DNA of 64,000 nt from an uncultured beta proteobacterium (GTDB lineage Bacteria > Pseudomonadota > Gammaproteobacteria > Burkholderiales > SG8-39). The stretch lies in NCBI GenBank assembly GCA_963747775.1, contig CAVVGT010000012.1:30975-94974 (forward strand), given 5' to 3'. A program made the translations under genes and the position numbers. Each line of letters opens with the position of its first letter. Within the stretch, counting starts at the first letter, position 1. The notes under the pieces are model-generated. The model saw nothing but the letters and a program-made list of their open reading frames with translations, ran no database searches and was not told where the DNA came from. This document shows, piece after piece, positions 57,788 to 64,000 of the stretch.

Positions 57788-58692
57788 GCGGCCCTCTTCG
57801 CCGCGAGCGCCTTCGCGACCTTCGACGTCGGCTCGCGCCCGAGCGCGGCGCAGATGAAGCGTCCGGCCTCGAACACCTGCGCGAGGTCGACGCCGGTCTT
57901 GATGCCGAGGCCGTCGAGCATGTAGACGACGTCTTCGGTCGCGACGTTGCCCGACGCGCCCTTCGCGTAGGGGCACCCGCCGAGACCCGCGACCGAGCTG
58001 TCGGCCGTGGCGACCCCCATCTCCAGCGCGGCGTAGAGGTTCGCGAGCGCCTGGCCGTAGGTGTCGTGCAGATGCACCGCGAGCCGGCCGATTGGCACCT
58101 CGCGCGCCACTGCCTCGATCATCGCGCGCACCTTGCCCGGCGTGCCGACGCCGATCGTGTCGCCGAGCGAGAGCTCGTAGCAGCCCATCGCGTCGAGCGC
58201 CTTCGCCACCGCCGCGACGGCCGCCGGCGCGATCGCGCCCTCGTATGGGCACCCGGCGACGCAGGAGATATAGCCGCGCACGCGCATGCCCTGCGCGCGC
58301 GCCGCCGCCGCGACCGGCGCGAAGCGCTCGAGGCTCTCGGCGATCGAGCAGTTGATGTTCTTGCGGCTGAAGGTCTCGGAGGCGGCGCCGAAGATCGCGA
58401 TCTCGTCGACGCCGGCCGCGACCGCGGACTCGAAGCCCTTCATGTTCGGCACGAGCACCGGGTACGAGACGCCGGGCTTCCGGCGGATGCCCTTCAGGAC
58501 CTCCGCGGAGTCGGCCATCTGCGGCACCCATTTGGGCGACACGAACGCGCCCGCCTCGACCGCCGGCAGGCCGGCGTGGGCCAGCCGGTTCACGAGCTCG
58601 ATCTTCGTCGCAGTTGGGACGGTCTGCGGCTCGTTCTGCAGGCCGTCGCGCGGACCCACTTCGACGATGCGGACTTTTGGCGGGAGCGGCAT
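57784..58692 (-). CDS. liuE: Hydroxymethylglutaryl-CoA lyase
   Basis: [24 protein letters not shown]. Confidence 0.93.
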   Translation of the reverse strand: MPLPPKVRIVEVGPRDGLQNEPQTVPTATKIELVNRLAHAGLPAVEAGAFVSPKWVPQMADSAEVLKGIRRKPGVSYPVLVPNMKGFESAVAAGVDEIAIFGAASETFSRKNINCSIAESLERFAPVAAAARAQGMRVRGYISCVAGCPYEGAIAPAAVAAVAKALDAMGCYELSLGDTIGVGTPGKVRAMIEAVAREVPIGRLAVHLHDTYGQALANLYAALEMGVATADSSVAGLGGCPYAKGASGNVATEDVVYMLDGLGIKTGVDLAQVFEAGRFICAALGREPTSKVAKALAAKRAA

Positions 58693-58737
58693 GCGGCGAT
58701 TCTAGCCGGAGTGCCCCCCGGGGCCGGGGGGCGAGCG

Positions 58738-59661
58738 TCAGTAGCCGCGCCCGGGATCGACGACGCCGGTCACCCGCTCCCCGCGGTCGAGCGCGCGGAT
58801 CTTGCCGGCGACCTGCGCGACCGAGTCCTCGACGAGCGTCAGCGCCGAGGTGTGCGGGGTGAGGAACACCCTCGGGTGCGACCAGAACCGGTGCGTGGCC
58901 GGCAGCGGCTCCTGATGGAACACATCGAGCGTGGCGCCGGCGAGATGCCCGCTGTCGAGCAGCGCGAGGAGGTCGTCGTCGACGACCAGGCCACCGCGCG
59001 CGACGTTCACGAGGTACGCGCCCTGCGGGAGCCTGCCGAGCGTGTCGCGGTTCAGCAGCCCGGCGGTGTCGGGCGTGAGCGGGAGCATGCATACGAGCGC
59101 GCGCGTCGCGCGCAGGAAGGCGTCGAGTCCGTCGCGCCCGGCGAACGTGCGCGCGCCGTCGAGCGCCTTGGCGCTCGCGCTCCAGCCCAGCACCGGGAAC
59201 CCGAGCGATCGCAGCATCGCCGCGAGGCGCGTCCCGAGCACGCCGAGTCCCATCACGCCGACCGGGAACTCGGCGTGGCGGCGCGGCGCGTGCACCTTCC
59301 ATTCGGCGCGCGCCTGCTGTGCGGCGTAGTCGTCGAGGCGCCGGAAGTAGCGCAGCACCGCCCAGGCGACGTACTGCTCCATCTGCCGCCCCATGCCCGC
59401 GTCCTCGAGACGGACGAGCGGCACGCCGGACGGAATCGAGAGCGCATTCAGGGTCGCGTCCACGCCCGCGCCGAGATTGAACGCGGCCTTGAGCCGCGTC
59501 TGGCCGTCGAGGAGGTCGCGCGGCGGATACCAGAACGCGGCGTAATCGGCCTGCCACGCGGTGCCGGGCGTCCACATGCGGATCTCCGCTTCCGGCAGTG
59601 CGCGGGCAAAGGCTTCGCGCCATTCGTCGGGTGACTTCGGGATGTAGAGCAGTACGTTCAC
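58738..59661 (-). CDS. ghrA: Glyoxylate/hydroxypyruvate reductase A
   Basis: GAGVD, RLEDAGM, GLGVLG, NVARG, EPLP, TPH. Confidence 0.88.
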   Translation of the reverse strand: MNVLLYIPKSPDEWREAFARALPEAEIRMWTPGTAWQADYAAFWYPPRDLLDGQTRLKAAFNLGAGVDATLNALSIPSGVPLVRLEDAGMGRQMEQYVAWAVLRYFRRLDDYAAQQARAEWKVHAPRRHAEFPVGVMGLGVLGTRLAAMLRSLGFPVLGWSASAKALDGARTFAGRDGLDAFLRATRALVCMLPLTPDTAGLLNRDTLGRLPQGAYLVNVARGGLVVDDDLLALLDSGHLAGATLDVFHQEPLPATHRFWSHPRVFLTPHTSALTLVEDSVAQVAGKIRALDRGERVTGVVDPGRGY

Positions 59662-59700
59662 GGGTCTTGCTATCTATCCGGCGCAAGCCGGAACGACGTG

Positions 59701-61701
<2,001 letters not shown>

Positions 61702-61710
61702 CGGCGGCGT

Positions 61711-62544
61711 TCAGCCCTTCTTCTTGCCCTTGGCGGGCTTTCGCGCCGGCGCCGCTTCGGCCGCCCATGCCGGCTTGCGCTTCTCGAGGAACGACCGGAC
61801 GCCTTCCTTGCCTTCCTCGGACGCGCGCGCCGTGGCGATGCGGGTCGCGGTGTCGCCGATGAGGTCGTCGTCGATCCGCCGGCCCGCGACGACGCGGATG
61901 AGCTCTTTCGTCGACGCCTGGGCCGCGGGGCTGCCGGCGACGAGCTCCCCCAGCATGGCATTGATCGTGGCGTCGAGCTCTTCGTCCAGGGTGATCTCCT
62001 GGACGAACCCGATGCGGTAGGCCTCGGCCGCGGAAAATCGCTCCGCCGTGAGCATGTAGCGCGAAGCCGCGCGCTCGCCCATTGCGGCGATGACGTACGG
62101 GCTGATCGTCGCCGGGACGAGCCCGAGCTTCACCTCCGAGAGGCAGAACTCCGCACCTTGCGCCGCCACCGCGACGTCGCACGCCGCGACGAGCCCCATC
62201 CCGCCTGCGAACGCCGCCCCGTGCACGCGCGCCACGGTCGGCTTCTTCATCGTGTGCAGCGTGTGCAGCATGCGGGCGAGGCCGAGCGCGTCCTCGTAGT
62301 TCTGCTTGAACGTGTAGCCCGACATCTTCTTCATCCAGTTCAGGTCGGCGCCGGCGCAGAACGCCGGCCCGTGCGCGGCGAGCACCATCGCGCGCATGCC
62401 CGCGTCGCCGTCCACGACGCGGAACGCGTCGGTGAGCTCGGCGATCATCGTCTCGTTGAACGCGTTGCGGACGTCGGGCCGACTGAGCCAGACGAGCGCG
62501 ATGCCGGCGGGGGTCTTGTCGAGTTGGATGGTCGTGTAGGACAT
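61711..62544 (-). CDS. liuC: Methylglutaconyl-CoA hydratase
   Basis: FCAGADLNWM, LSEVKLGLVPATISPYV; operon context. Confidence 0.87.
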   Translation of the reverse strand: MSYTTIQLDKTPAGIALVWLSRPDVRNAFNETMIAELTDAFRVVDGDAGMRAMVLAAHGPAFCAGADLNWMKKMSGYTFKQNYEDALGLARMLHTLHTMKKPTVARVHGAAFAGGMGLVAACDVAVAAQGAEFCLSEVKLGLVPATISPYVIAAMGERAASRYMLTAERFSAAEAYRIGFVQEITLDEELDATINAMLGELVAGSPAAQASTKELIRVVAGRRIDDDLIGDTATRIATARASEEGKEGVRSFLEKRKPAWAAEAAPARKPAKGKKKG

Positions 62545-62560
62545 GATCGTTCGATCGTTC

Positions 62561-63710
62561 TCAGGGACTGAACCGCTTCGCCACTTCTTCCAGCATCACC
62601 TCGGTCGCGCCGCCGCCGATGGCGAGCACGCGCGCGTCGCGCACCAGGCGCTCGATCGGGCTCTCGCGCATGTAACCCATGCCGCCGTGGAACTGCTGGC
62701 AGGCGTAGAGGACCTCGTTCGCCAGCTCGCCGGTCAGCGCCTTGAGCGCCGACACCTCCCGCACGCACTCGCGCCCCTGCGTGACGAGCCAGGCGCAATG
62801 ATAGAGGAATGCCCGCGCCGCCTGGACCTTCGCATCGAGCATCGCGAGCCGCTGGCGGATCGTCTGCATGTCGAACAGCGTCGCGCCGAAGGCCTTGCGC
62901 CCCATCACCCACTCGAGCGTGAGCTGCAGCGCCGTCTGGCAGTGCCCGATCGCCATTGCGCCGAGCGCGATCCGCTCGGTCTGGAAGTTGCGCATGATCG
63001 CGTAGAAGCCGCGGTTCTCCTCGCCCGAGCAGGTTGGCGCCGGGGATGCGGCAGTCCTCGAACACGAGCTCGGCCGTGTCCGACGAGAGCCAGCCCTGCT
63101 TCTTCAGCGCGCGGCCGACCCGAAAGCCCGGCGTGCCCTTCTCGACGATGAACATCGAGATGCCGCGCGCGCCCTTGTCGTCCGGATCGGTGCGCGCCGC
63201 GACGAAGTAGAGGTTGCCGTGCACGCCGTTGGTGATGAACATCTTCGTGCCGTTCAGCACCCACGCATCGCCGTCACGCCGCGCGCGGGCGCGGATCGAG
63301 GCGACGTCGGAGCCGGCGTCGGGCTCGGTCACCGCCACCGCGGTCACCAGCTCGCCCGCGATCACCCGGCGCAGGTAGCGGTCGCGCTGCGCCTTCGAGC
63401 CGCCGTGCACGAGGTGCGGGCTCGCCATGTCGGTGTGCACCAGCACCGTCACGATGAAGCCGCCGAAGGTCGAGCGCGACAGCGCCTCCTGGAACACGAC
63501 GGCGGTGAGCGCGTCGGCGCCGGCGCCGCCGTACTCGGGCGGATAGGTGATGCCGAGCAGGCCGAGGTCGCCGAGCTTGCGGATCACCTCGCGCGGGACG
63601 CAGCCCTCGTCCTCCCAGCGCTCGCCGTGCGGCTCGACCTCGTCGGCGAGGAAGCGGGCGACCGTGATGCGAAGCTGCTCGTGCTCGGGGCGGTCGTAGA
63701 TCGTCGTCAT
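62561..63710 (-). CDS. Acyl-CoA dehydrogenase (frameshift ~63020)
   Basis: TEPDAGSD, NGTKMFITNG, QFHGGMGY, IGGGATE. Confidence 0.9.
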
Positions 63711-63820
63711 CGACCCGACCGCAGCGCGGCCGTCCAGGTGAAGAGCGTCCAGAGGAAGCTCCCGAAATCCTGGATCGAGAAGATGAGCGCGAGCGGGCCG
63801 GGCAGGGTCGTCGTTGTCAT
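63707..63820 (-). CDS. 37-aa small hydrophobic ORF
   Basis: AGGAG RBS; MTTTTLPGPLALIFSIQDFGSFLWTLFTWTAALRSGR*; ATGA overlap with the next gene. Confidence 0.5.
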   Translation of the reverse strand: MTTTTLPGPLALIFSIQDFGSFLWTLFTWTAALRSGR

Positions 63821-63830
63821 GGCCGCGCTC

Positions 63831-64000
63831 CTACATTCGAAAGACGCCGAACTTCGTCTCCTCGACCGGCGCATTGAGGGCGGCCGAGAGCCCCAGTGCC
63901 AGAACGCGGCGGGTGTCCTCCGGCGCGATCACGCCGTCGTCCCACAGACGGGCCGAGGCGTAGTACGGGTGGCCCTGGCGGTCGTACTGCTCGAGGATCG
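63831..64000 (-). CDS. liuB: 3-methylcrotonyl-CoA carboxylase carboxyltransferase subunit (3' end only)
   Basis: [22 protein letters not shown]. Confidence 0.9.
   Translation of the reverse strand, partial: ILEQYDRQGHPYYASARLWDDGVIAPEDTRRVLALGLSAALNAPVEETKFGVFRM

Overview
The window appears to join two different genomes. Bases ~1-5,060 have lower GC by eye and look alphaproteobacterial (Xanthobacteraceae/Bradyrhizobiaceae style). They carry a Tat-exported DUF1254/DUF1214 gene, three orphan 'MRRREF' ABC substrate-binding paralogs and nine ATGTCCGCTTT...AAAGCGGACAT palindromes. At ~5,062-5,091 one of these genes is cut and joined to the C-terminal half of a multiheme cytochrome c. The rest is very GC-rich and looks betaproteobacterial. 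It holds, in order: a frameshift-rich TRAP/sodC/tauD block; a xanthomonadin/aryl-polyene-like cluster with a flavin halogenase but no ketosynthase or chain-length factor (14.0-28.0 kb); an acyl-CoA-ligase-flanked Liv-type ABC cluster; a tandem-MaoC/CitE/crotonase operon; and three tandem signal-peptide-bearing methyltransferases. An integrase-less, decaying integron cassette array follows (~44.4-56.1 kb), then the liu leucine-catabolism region. The array contains an IS4 (18-bp IRs, 9-bp TSD) and an IS1111-type IS110 element, both sitting in attC R'' regions. The IS1111 3' non-coding region contains segments matching both strands of an attC-like target, consistent with a bridge/seek RNA. All family calls come from motif recognition, not database searches. 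Many frameshifts may be long-read errors.
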